The notes below the pieces were generated by a model, which worked only from the letters and a program-made list of their open reading frames with translations, ran no database searches and was not told where the DNA came from. The translations under genes were made by a program, and so were the position numbers. DNA of 64,000 nucleotides from the NCBI GenBank assembly GCA_949358305.1, contig OX442314.1, forward strand, positions 16,368,001-16,432,000, read 5' to 3'. Shown one piece after another: positions 36,040 to 47,693 of this stretch. This stretch comes from Strigamia acuminata (lineage: Eukaryota). Numbering within the stretch: the first letter of the stretch is position 1; the number at the start of each line of letters is the position of its first letter.

Positions 36040-37377
36040 ATGCCGCAATTTCCCCATGAATCATCTGCCGAAGGCGCGACTCCAGAACTAGACATTTTTG
36101 GATTACCACTCACACAAATAACAGTGGAAGATAATTATTGGAGTGAATACCATCCAATTACAGCCGTAACTGCAGGACAGCCATTAGATTTTTCAATCAA
36201 GGGTACTGCTGATACGTACATTGACTTGAGTCAAACATACTTGTTACTAAATGTAACTGTAACCGATGGTGCTGGGGCTGTAATTACAAAAACAGCTAAG
36301 GTTTCTCCTACAAATTTATTCCTACATTCATTGTTCAGTCAAATAGATGTTAGACTAAATGATAAGCTAGTGTCAGCTTCCGATTCAAATTATTGTTATA
36401 GAAGTTATCTCGAAACAATTCTCAGTTTTTCAAATGATGCCAAAAAGAGTTATAAAACAGTGGAGATGTATTATGAGGATACAGGAGGATCATTTGATGA
36501 TTTAGATCCAACAGTAGCAGATTTTAACGAGGAGTTTGGAATTTATAAACGATATCATCGACTCATGCAGGATGGTGATTGTGGAAAATTACAGATGTTT
36601 GGAAGACTTCACTGCGATATCTTTTCTCAACCACATTATCTCATAAATAATGTTGACTTGCGAATTACACTTACTAGACAAAATGATGCATTTAGTTTAA
36701 TTTCAAAAGAGGCAGGGGCGGCCTATAAAACAGTTATAAATGATGCAACTTTATTTGTAAAAAAGATAGTTCCTAGCGCTAGTGTACTCTTAGCTCATCA
36801 TCAAGCATTAGAGCAACGTAATGCGAAATATCCCATTAGAAGGGTAGAAGTTAAGACATTTACAATTGCTACAGGATCGCAAACTGCTATGATTGATAAT
36901 GCATTTCTCGGTCAATATCCATCCCGATTGATTATTGGTCTTGTGAAAAACACTGCCTACTGCGGATCATATGCCAGTAATCCGTATAATTTTGAAAACC
37001 AAGGAATAAATTTTCTTCAAGTATTTTTGGATGGAAAAGGAGTACCAATGAGTCCATATAAGCCAGATTTTGCAAAAGGACAAGCAGCTCGTGAATTTAT
37101 TACCTTATACCAAACTATGAATAGAGCAGATAAAGATTTAGGATTAGGCATTTCGTATACTGATTATTGTTTAGGCGGAAATGTTTTATTTGGATTTGAT
37201 TTAACGCAAGATGCATCCGCCGGTCAACCACATTTGAATTTAGTAAAACAAGGAAATGTTAGGATTGAAATGAGATTTAATAAAGCCTTAACTGCAACCA
37301 TAACCGTATTAGTACTGGCGGAATATCAATCCATACTGGAGATTGATAGAGCGAGGAATATCATTACTGAATTTTAA
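36040..37377 (+). CDS. Major capsid protein (double jelly-roll, PY)
   Basis: 445 aa; ELDIF..P.TQ, YIDLSQTYL, NLFLHSLFSQIDV, GRLHCDIFSQ, G...NPYNF, LFGFDLT, GNVRIEMRF. Confidence 0.93.
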   Translation: MPQFPHESSAEGATPELDIFGLPLTQITVEDNYWSEYHPITAVTAGQPLDFSIKGTADTYIDLSQTYLLLNVTVTDGAGAVITKTAKVSPTNLFLHSLFSQIDVRLNDKLVSASDSNYCYRSYLETILSFSNDAKKSYKTVEMYYEDTGGSFDDLDPTVADFNEEFGIYKRYHRLMQDGDCGKLQMFGRLHCDIFSQPHYLINNVDLRITLTRQNDAFSLISKEAGAAYKTVINDATLFVKKIVPSASVLLAHHQALEQRNAKYPIRRVEVKTFTIATGSQTAMIDNAFLGQYPSRLIIGLVKNTAYCGSYASNPYNFENQGINFLQVFLDGKGVPMSPYKPDFAKGQAAREFITLYQTMNRADKDLGLGISYTDYCLGGNVLFGFDLTQDASAGQPHLNLVKQGNVRIEMRFNKALTATITVLVLAEYQSILEIDRARNIITEF

Positions 37378-37385
37378 CTCAAGCT

Positions 37386-37910
37386 ATGAACACGCTCCAA
37401 ATAACGGAGATTTTATCTAAGAATTCAGTGACGAGGCAAATTTTTAAAGGTGTATATCCAATTGATTTGCTATCCTCATCGCAACAAACAAACAAAACAT
37501 GCGCGTTTGTTGTAAATACTCATCCCCATACAAAACCAGGCGAACATTGGGTAGCATTGTTTCGAGATGAGAAAGTACCCGGTGCGATTGAATATTTTGA
37601 TTCGTTCGGTAAACCACCAGCGAAAGAAATTACTGCTTTTATTCAAAATATTGGATGTAAACTAACCAACAGGATTACTCAAACCTATCAATCACCGTGT
37701 AGTCTCGCATGTGGATATTATTGCATTTATTTTATTTATAATAGGTGTAAAGGAAAAAGCTTTGATTATATAAAAAATCAATTTAATCCAAGAAATCCAT
37801 ATTACAATGATAAAAAAGTTACAAAATTTGTTAAACATATTTTTAATTTTAAGATGTCAACATTGTATGATAAAAATTGTATCGTACAAATAAGTAAAAC
37901 AAAGAAATAA
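37386..37910 (+). CDS. Adenain/Ulp1-like cysteine maturation protease
   Basis: Catalytic H-D-C set with the oxyanion Gln: GEHWVA, EYFDSFG, YQSPCSLACGYYC. Confidence 0.95.
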   Translation: MNTLQITEILSKNSVTRQIFKGVYPIDLLSSSQQTNKTCAFVVNTHPHTKPGEHWVALFRDEKVPGAIEYFDSFGKPPAKEITAFIQNIGCKLTNRITQTYQSPCSLACGYYCIYFIYNRCKGKSFDYIKNQFNPRNPYYNDKKVTKFVKHIFNFKMSTLYDKNCIVQISKTKK

Positions 37911-37939
37911 AGTAATTGTTACAAAATCTGGTGTTTCTA

Positions 37940-38266
37940 TCAACCTGGTGTATCTAACCCATAGATGGATTTATAAATCAACCACTCTTCATTCAGTCCT
38001 TTTTCAAAAGTAATTCTCATTAATGGACAATAGGCATACCAAGAATAATGTTCCAAAAGAGGTATGTCACCACGTTTCCACTCTTTTAATCGACCGAGAC
38101 AGTAGACGCACTCAACATGATCATTTTCACCCAAGTATTTGAATCCAGCACGGGCTAAGGTGGAAGGGTCGGCGATGTGTCTAGAAACAGGCCAGTTGCG
38201 AAAGGTTTGCTTCCGTTCCCGGATTCGCCGCATCATCTCCGTTCGCATTTTCATTTCCCGTTCCAT
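37940..38266 (-). CDS. Single BIR-domain (IAP-like) protein carried by the Polinton
   Basis: RKQTFRNWP..LARAGFKYLGENDHVECVYCLGRLKEWKRGDIPLLEHYSWYAYCP contains the C-x2-C..W..H-x6-C zinc-binding BIR pattern. Confidence 0.92.
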   Translation of the reverse strand: MEREMKMRTEMMRRIRERKQTFRNWPVSRHIADPSTLARAGFKYLGENDHVECVYCLGRLKEWKRGDIPLLEHYSWYAYCPLMRITFEKGLNEEWLIYKSIYGLDTPG

Positions 38267-38870
38267 GAAGGAGGGCTTCAAGATCGTCGAGATAAGAATG
38301 GTCTTGAGTTTCAATACACCACTCCTTAAAGCAAAGACACTCAGCTTGAGGACAGTGCATTAACTTGGAGGGAAGTAGGGATTCATGAAGGTGACATAAA
38401 GGTTTTGAATCAGGATCAAGATTAAAATGAAGGTCCTGATATTTTGGACATCCCAATGATTCCAGGTCGAGGTATGGAATGTCACATTTGATTAACCAAT
38501 TTTTTTCAATTTGGCCTCCTTTGAATGCAATAATTGGTCTGTTGGCTTCCTGAACACAATTTATATGTAAAGATGTGAGGATAAAAGGAATCCAGCTTTG
38601 AGGTAGATCATCAGGACCATCTTCAAACTTCATACCGTGGATATTACGTTTTAACCAAGCAGCAACTTTTTGCCATTTTGGTTCTAGTTTGTCAAATTGT
38701 CCAACACGAAAGTGATAACTTAAAGTAGAATCCTTGTATAGAAAACACACTCCGAGCTCCTTGAGTAGAAAGTCGGGACCAAACTGGAATCCCTCAAAGT
38801 CAATAATACAACCTACGTTTTTTAATTGTTCCGAATTCATTCTAAAACACGAATTAAAATAAATATTCAT
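38181..38870 (-). CDS. DEDD/DnaQ-like 3'-5' exonuclease-fold protein
   Basis: IIDFEGFQ..LLKELGV, LKRNIHGMKF, AFKGGQIEKNWL, DLESLGCP, CHLH..HCPQAEC. Alternative start at 38840. Confidence 0.7.
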   Translation of the reverse strand: MNIYFNSCFRMNSEQLKNVGCIIDFEGFQFGPDFLLKELGVCFLYKDSTLSYHFRVGQFDKLEPKWQKVAAWLKRNIHGMKFEDGPDDLPQSWIPFILTSLHINCVQEANRPIIAFKGGQIEKNWLIKCDIPYLDLESLGCPKYQDLHFNLDPDSKPLCHLHESLLPSKLMHCPQAECLCFKEWCIETQDHSYLDDLEALLHGTGNENANGDDAANPGTEANLSQLACF

Positions 38871-39559
38871 TTATAATAATATCATTAAATAAATGGAACT
38901 TACTTTGAATGATGTTTCTAAAAGTTAAGTTGATTCGCGGATGAAGTGCAGAAATTTGCTTTGGAAGACTGTGATACCAAAAACGGTTTGTAGGTTGGTG
39001 CATTAGCAGAATGCTACCGTGTTCCAACGCGAGAGAAATCGGCTTTGGTGGTAAGACTGAGTTGCGAATAGTATACTTTCGCTTAAGAGACACGTGACGA
39101 AGAACAAAGTTTCTGTTTTGTCCTAGAGACAGGCTCGCTATTGGTGCGTTTGGATGAAGTCCCACCTCATCGTCTCGATGTTCACCAATAGTCTGGTTGC
39201 CATTTGCATAACGATTAACGAGAACAAAGTTAAATTCATGTCCGGTAACAAACTGAACGGCATCTCGTAAATCACGCAAAAGAGGAGTCCAAGTTTTAAC
39301 CGGTAAAGTATTACCAGAAAATGAATATTTCAATCCATCATCACCAAATGCAACTTGTTGTCTCGGTATATTGATCCACTTGCCATAAATCTTGATTTGA
39401 CTCACAAGTCAGTCTACCTGTATAGTATGTGATTTCATTTTCCAGCTTTTGAAATGTAGAATCAGCTACTTCTTTGTTGAAAAGAAGCCCATACTGCAAG
39501 TGTAAATCCTGCTTGGGAATATCTTTCCAACAAACAGGCTCTATTGTCGTCTTCTCCAT
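38854..39559 (-). pseudogene. ALKBH2-like AlkB dioxygenase with a frameshift near 39401-39412
   Basis: 5' ORF gives LFNKEVADSTFQKLENEITYYTG. The 3' ORF, in another frame, gives QIKIYGKWINIPRQQVAFGD..FNFVLVNRY..GEHRDDE..WYHSLP..RINLTFR. Confidence 0.88.
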
Positions 39560-39626
39560 GTTTTTTCATCCAAAAGAAACATCAGCTCGGTATATATAGC
39601 AGTTAACCTATTCTGCTGTCCAATCG

Positions 39627-39940
39627 GAGACATGTCTAAACTTGCCCCCCCAAGCGGTTTCAACAAATTATAGCAGAGGACTCCTCCCCTTTGCACCGCT
39701 CACTTCCTGTTTTATCCCCCCTTCCAAACAGTGCCATTGCTGAGACATGTTGAAACTTGTCTAAAATGGTTTCAACGAATCATAGCAGAGGAGACATTTG
39801 CACCACTCACTTTCTGTTTTATCCTCCCTTCCAAACAGTGCAATTGATGAGACATGAAACTTGTCTAAAATGGTTTCAACGAATCATAGCAGAGGACAAC
39901 GTTGCACCGCTCGCTTCCTGTTTTATCCTCCATTTCCACT
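39627..39940. repeat. Three imperfect tandem copies of a ~107-115-bp unit upstream of the AlkB gene
   Basis: GAGACATG recurs at 39627, 39742 and 39849, each followed by ggtttcaac..atagcagagga..ttgcacc.ctc.ctt.ctgttttatcc. Confidence 0.9.
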
Positions 39941-40140
39941 AATATAACACAAACACCCTTATTACAACTTAACTTATTTGTTAAAGAAATTAATGAAAGA
40001 AAAAAGATGTATTCTTATTCAAACAAATTTTATTTATATAATTAACACAAAAAAAAAAAGAAATAAGTACAAAAAAAAAAATTTAAACTAAAGTATACAA
40101 TTTCTATTCTACCAATACAAATAACAAATTAACTATAAAT

Positions 40141-40797
40141 CTATTCATCATCATCAGTATCGACAGGTACACTGGTAGGTTTTGAATCGACATCCTCATC
40201 AGAAGAATCCACAAAATGCACACCAGGAATGGGTCTCTGATATGGTTTCTTCTTCATTTGCTTTCTCTCCTTTTTCTTTTTTAAAACAATTGGAGCTTGA
40301 GATGTGGTCGGAGTAACAAATGAACTTGCAGTTGTTTCCTCGGGAATAGCTGGAAATTGAAGGTTGCTCTCTTGCAACTTTGACAGAGCTTCATCGATGC
40401 CCGAAAATATGGATGATCGCTGCTTCTTGAGTTGACGCCATTGTTCATACGAAAGCAGAATAAACTTCTCTGGCGCAAATGAATGACATATCATCAAAGA
40501 TACATCATCAGTTTTCGACTTGGAAATAGTGACTAAAACACCACCTACACACTCAATGGTTGATGATTTCTTGGTTTTTAAATTCGCAATTTCACTCGTT
40601 ATCTGCTTCCAATGTTCCACAAAATCATAAAATGTCTTAACGTTCATGCACATACCATCACGAGAGGGATACAGCTTTCCGTTCGGGTATGTCAGAAATC
40701 GTCTTAGGTGGATGTAGACTCCAGCTAGAAATGGATTGACTTGACAATAGATCTCCCCACCAAGAGAGTAGATCCCGCTGCTTGAAGTAGTAGTCAT
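40141..40797 (-). CDS. PC4-like ssDNA-binding protein (probably two PC4-like units) with basic NLS and acidic tail
   Basis: YSLGGEIYCQV..GVYIHLRRF..LYPSRDGMCM; second unit ending FILLSYEQWRQLK; KKKKERKQMKKKP; DTDDDE tail. TATAAA at 40845-40850 favours ATG 40797. Confidence 0.7.
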   Translation of the reverse strand: MTTTSSSGIYSLGGEIYCQVNPFLAGVYIHLRRFLTYPNGKLYPSRDGMCMNVKTFYDFVEHWKQITSEIANLKTKKSSTIECVGGVLVTISKSKTDDVSLMICHSFAPEKFILLSYEQWRQLKKQRSSIFSGIDEALSKLQESNLQFPAIPEETTASSFVTPTTSQAPIVLKKKKERKQMKKKPYQRPIPGVHFVDSSDEDVDSKPTSVPVDTDDDE

Positions 40798-40922
40798 GGC
40801 TTGTTTGTGAAAGAAATGGTGAGTATCCCAAAATGCGAGTTGCATTTATACAGGATAACTCCTCCCCTTTGAACCGCTCACTTCCTGTTTTACCCTTCCT
40901 TTCCATCACTGACATTGATGAG

Positions 40923-41308
40923 TACCCAATAATATCTCTCCTTTGGTTAAAAGTAGCCTAAGGGTCCTTTGAAAATTTGGGAAAAACAACAACAAGGTGC
41001 TTAAGGAAAGAAAAACAAGGGGCCTTTGAAAATTTGGGAAAAACAACAACAAGGTACTTAAGTAAAGAAAAACAATAACAAATAATAGCCTAGGGTACAT
41101 TGATTGAATGATAAGACTGATTGATTGAAGCAATTAGTCACCCCCACTTAGCTCTCCCCTTATCTCCCCCTCTCCTTATCTCCCCCTCCCGTTATCTCCC
41201 CCTCCACTTATCTCCCCCTCCCCTTATCTCTCCCCCCACTTAACCCTCACCACCCCCACCCCCCCTCACCACCAACCACTGGCCCAGGATCCCCACAAAC
41301 CCACTACT
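40923..41308 (-). repeat. Right terminal inverted repeat of the Polinton
   Basis: Reverse complement of 25871-26255; ends ...CCCACTACT followed by the CAGCTT TSD. Confidence 0.97.
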
Positions 41309-41732
41309 CAGCTTCGAGATGAAGGCTGAATACATTTCATAAACTCCTAAGAGACCATACGAATAGTTACATGTTGGTAGAGATACGTTGGTCATAAATG
41401 AGAATCTAATAAATAAATCATCAATCAAACACATCGTGGACATTTGGATTTGTACATGGGTTTTCTGGATCATTTATACGATAATCTTTAACAAATCATC
41501 AAAATTATTGGAAATTAAATCAAGAAAAATCACTGAGTGCTTATACTTTTGTGTGACCTCCAAACGGAATTGAGTAATGCAGCTATTGATTCGCATTAAC
41601 CGAAAAAAGCTAAATAAACAACAATAACAATTTATTTCTGTTACATTCACATTTTCTTGTGCCTGAAAATTGTCTCCACATCGATTCAAAAGTGATTGAA
41701 GTAAAATTATAGTAAAAATATTTGCTCCACTC
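41309..41732 (-). pseudogene. Right part of the DEG/ENaC pseudogene fragment interrupted by the Polinton
   Basis: Aligns by eye with 20455-20990 (e.g. gaatacatttcataaact, atctttaacaaatcatcaaaattattggaaa), with internal deletions. Confidence 0.8.
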
Positions 41733-42113
41733 AAAAAATTGCAATAAGAATATTCAAGCTATTGAGTTCAGAAACAAAATTCATACACAGTTTATAATAA
41801 TTTAAAACTTCTGTAAACCTTTTTCAAAACTTTTCTAATCAATTTTAATGTTATCATTGGAATTTTGGCAGCTGAAGAATCCGCCTGTTTGTTTCGATAT
41901 CTCAAAAGTCATTAATTTCTGAAGACAGTATTTAGTAGTCATTTAAAGTCATTTTTTTATAAAGCCTATAAATTCCTACGTATTGAGGAATCAAAACAAT
42001 TTAAAAGGATATCTATCACATGTTAAACCCTTATCATTTGCACCAATACCCCAATTTGTATAAAAGATCCCGCTTAGCCAAAATCAACCACTCCGACTTA
42101 ATAACATTTCAAA

Positions 42114-43313
<1,200 letters not shown>

Positions 43314-44594
43314 ACACCTAAATCCTTACTATGTAATTGAAAATCGTTAAATTGGTTTATGCTAATGCTGAAACACTAGTCATGTACAAAGAAAATAAAA
43401 GTATGTTTACCGAACTGAAATTCTCTTTCAATGAAAACACGCAAATCCAGTGGACTATAAATTATTTACAGCACACATTATTCAAACTAAACCGCCTCTA
43501 AAAGCCTATAAAAGATGTTTATCTTAAAATTCAAACAGATGATTAACAATTTATAAACTGCCACATTACAGCAGACTATAAATAGACATTCATACTAAAA
43601 TAGCAGTTTCACATAGAATCATCTATTTATTTAGAAATCTTCTAGCTATAGATTAAAATGTACAAGTAAAATAAAATGTTGAAAGTAATTTAGATGTTTT
43701 TAGGCCGCTTGAAATTGAGTGCAATAAATTCCTACAAGGTCCGACGAATGTTTAGATACGAAGTCGCCACAAATTCATACAAATTCTCTTGTTTGATCGA
43801 CACTATGCCCTAGACATGGAAGTTTCACGTAAGAAATTTCCTAAGACTCAATTTCTGATTTGTTATGAAATCGAGTACTAGTAGTATTGGTTAAATCAAC
43901 CCAAAGTGCGATCTTTGCGTTACAACTTCGGATTGATGACATCATCATCGAAGATATAAATAACAACTTCAAACATTATCACCATATCCAATGCATATTC
44001 TACTTTCATCCGAGAAAAGATAACCATTTCCCAGTCTTCCATTGTCCACGTTTCATATGTTTTTGCCCAGGTTAATCTCGTTCTCTGCTGTCTTAATGTT
44101 ATAAAAAGTACAGACGAAATAAACTTCCCTTCAGTTAAGCTTTTTTAAGTTTATATACCAATGGCATCAATCTTGAGTTTCTTGACTCGGTCTTTCGTTA
44201 TCCTAACAACAGTATTAAAAGATAGACCGGGCAAATAATGATAGATAAACTTAAAACAGCTAAACAGAAGGGAAGTATATTTTGTCCTCGACTGTACAAT
44301 AAACAAAAAAACAAATCGAAAGTTGTACTTTTCCTGTATTTAATATTCAGAAATTAATTGTGACATTATTTATTGACCGGCTCATATTCTTTGAAGACTT
44401 CAAACATAATTACACCAAGCACGAAAGCTAACGATTAGAAATATTCTTTCAATCCATTACAATCTAAAAATCAAACTTAGTACATCGTGTAATAAATTAT
44501 TATCTAATAAAATATTCATTCACTCAAATAAAACAGTCGTGCCGTACATCAAGCGTCCATTTACCGCAACAGATTCGATCACAAACTATCAACC

Positions 44595-47591
44595 ATGGTC
44601 AAAGCAAGAAAAATTATCAAGCAACTCTTGCACAGCCACGAGAAAAATAATTGGACATCTACAACCGGTTTAAGACAGGTGTCTAATCCTAATTATCCAA
44701 TTTGGTTGCGTGGCGTTTGGTTGATGATTTTCATCACGAGTTTAGCTCTATGCTCGTATCAAACGTACAATAGAGTAATGCATTACCGATCGGGTCCAAT
44801 TGCAGTCGATGTTCGATTCGTTGAAATCACCAGATTTCCTTCATTCACGGTTTGTTCGCAAGATACTCAAGAAATGATAAACTACAAGCAAAAACATTTT
44901 CTCGACGACAACATATTTTCCACATTTACTTGCATGAATCAACTTTTGTATGTGATGGATCAAGTCCAGAATGTAAATGTAGATGAGTTGTGGAAACTAA
45001 CCAATACGGCTAACATCGTCTCATCGGCAGTATTGAAACGGGTAAGATACAATCGTTTTCTATTTTAAAAATTTTGCATTCGAGATTTCTCGTTTAAAAT
45101 TGCTGTGTGGTAAATCCAACAAAAGTTCGCCAAGTAAACCCAGCTCATACTATTTTTTTAGTTAAATAATATCACAACAGTTACTCCAAAGCAAGTAATT
45201 GCACCAATGGGAATATGTTCAGCATTTCATTTAGGTATGGTTAACTATCTTTTTTCAAATTAATAGTTACGGTACAATTAATTTTTAATACGTTGTAAAA
45301 CCCAGATGGTGAAATGAAACATCCTACTTCAACTCAATTTATTCTGAAATTGGCAAAACTACCAAACAGCTGTGAAACTTCAATAATTTCAGTAAGTAAC
45401 TTAAGTTAGTTTATAAAATTAAATTAAATTATGTTCTTTTTAGGGCAGTGCACATGAACCTGGAGAACATTCACCAGACATTCGCAATCTATTTGGATTT
45501 TCTCCATTTCAAATCATCTACATTACTCTAGTCTACAAACAGGTATATTTCCTACATTTAAATTATGACCATAAACTAAAATCGTCATTTTACTTTTATT
45601 TTCCAGTACATCTTTTTAAATTCTACAAAAAATCCCTGTGTGGATCATACGACCTACAACGAATGCCAGTTAAAATGCTTATTGAAAATGTACACCAAAC
45701 ATCAATTTCCATGCAGGTATTTATTTTAAAAAATCAAATAATTAAATCCAACACCACTAAGTTTTCTCTAGGTTCCCATTCATGCCAAGTAAATTAAATT
45801 TAGATTTATGCACCACAAAAAAAGACGTTACCAAAGAATTGTACGCCAAAGCAACAAACACCTTCATCAGCACAAATCCAACACAAGATTGCAACTGCCT
45901 TCGACGTTGCAACAGAATCGTTTTCGAATTCTCTCTAACCAATAACGACATGCATCAAAACGAAACAACATTCAACTTGATTCTTAGAAACAAACAACTT
46001 TTATCAGTAGAAGAGCGGCTTGCCTTCGATTTCATATCCCTACTCGGAGACTTTGGCGGCAATTTAGGCTTATATTTCGGATTATCCATTCTCTCTGCAG
46101 TTTACTACGTGCAACAATACATAGAATGCCTCGATGCCCGAGCTAAAGTCAACAGTCTGCGGAGAAAACATCCAAAAGCCTACCGTTTTCTCGCCCACAT
46201 TTTCAACAAAGAAATGAAGAAAAGAGAGAAAAATATCTTTTCCAAATACACATTTCAAAGACACCCTCATTGCCTCGTTTCACTTTTGCTATTGGTTGTC
46301 ACAATTTATTTACTAACGATCCGCGTATTATTCTACATTTCTGAACCAACCCAAGTAGTGATCAACGTTGTCGAAAACTCGACCATGAATTTCCCATCAC
46401 TGACACTCTGCGGTGAAAGCAGGAGCTATTCCAAACTCAGAAAAGCATATGCAAAAAAAGACGCAACAAAGCACTACTGCGAAGCCAACTTTTGGGATTT
46501 CTTTGACAAAAATCTAACCGCTCAAGAGATATGGGCCTTCACAGATATCACTGACGTAATTTCTAACAGAACCGAAGAATTTGCAAAGGTATATCACAGC
46601 CGTCTGCAACTTATTTTTTTTTACTAATAAAACACCCACCATTTCCACACAACAGGCGAATGTTGGTATTTTATCACTAAAAGCAGAGAAACAAACAGCG
46701 ACCAATACCCCAACAGGCCGCTGTTCACATTTCAAAATAGGTAAATAATTTCTAACAAAAAATAAATAAATAAATCGATCATCACATTAGGTGAACACAC
46801 GTTTGCTGGAACCGCTACACTGTTTGCCATTTTGTTGCAACAAAAACAGTGTCAACCAGAAGCCTTATCGTACATTACGGAAAACGATATGGAGCCAAAC
46901 ATTATTTACCGCACTCCTGTAATCGTCGGTGGAAATGCCGCTATCCTTCTTACAGCCAAAAAGGTATTACTTTACACACCCCAATAATCTAAAAAAAACC
47001 AAAGATATTTAAATATTTAGCCTAATAAGTCTAATTTCCTAGGTGACTTACCACAAAAGCTACAATAACCCATGCGTAAGTCCTAAAAGCGCTTTAAAAT
47101 GTGAAACTCGGTGCCTACAAAGAAAACTGAACGAGAAACTGCAATGCAGGTAAGCCTACCAAAATTAATTCTATATAAAAAAAATACAGAAGATAATTGT
47201 CTTCAGACTCCCATACATGAAAAACATTCGCTATCCAATGTGCACCTCTTCAAAATCAGCGCTATTAGCCCAACTTACATTTAAAGATGTTTTTCTAGAC
47301 AAAAAATCATGTAATTGTACTAAATCTTGCACCACCGTTATTTACGACACAAACTGGTATTTCGAACCCCATGATCATTGGTTAATGACAATGTACGTAA
47401 CGATTTTTATTCACAACACAGTCGAATATATCAACGAGCTACCTCATTACACACATGTCCAATTAATGTGCGATATTGGCTCCATCTTAAGTCTCACTCT
47501 GGGTTTATGCATTCCAGTTATATTTCTCACTTTGCAGAATATTACATTTTCCACTTGCAGTAAAATACTTGCAAAAAAACACTCGAAATAA
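44595..47591 (+). CDS. Second DEG/ENaC gene encoding two tandem channel subunits in one reading frame
   Basis: Unit 1: WTSTTGL, TM1 VWLMIFITSLALCSYQ, FPSFTVCS, MGICSAF, CNCLRRC, LLGDFGGNLGLYFGLS. Unit 2: TM1, FPSLTLCG, TGRCSHF, CETRC, CNCTKSC, LMCDIGSILSLTLGLC. Confidence 0.87.
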
Positions 47592-47693
47592 AAACGAAAC
47601 GTCTGTAACTGTTTTATGTAACAATAATAATAAAAAAGTGTATTTCACAAATTAATTTACAAACTTCTAAGTTAAAAGAAACCACAAAAATAG

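Larger units (their letters stand above)
25871..41308. mobile_element. Complete Polinton/Maverick (adintovirus-like endogenous virus), 15,438 bp
   Basis: Termini AGTAGT...ACTACT, ~385-bp TIRs, 6-bp TSD CAGCTT (25865-25870 and 41309-41314). Intronless pPolB, integrase, ATPase, protease and two capsid genes. Confidence 0.98.
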
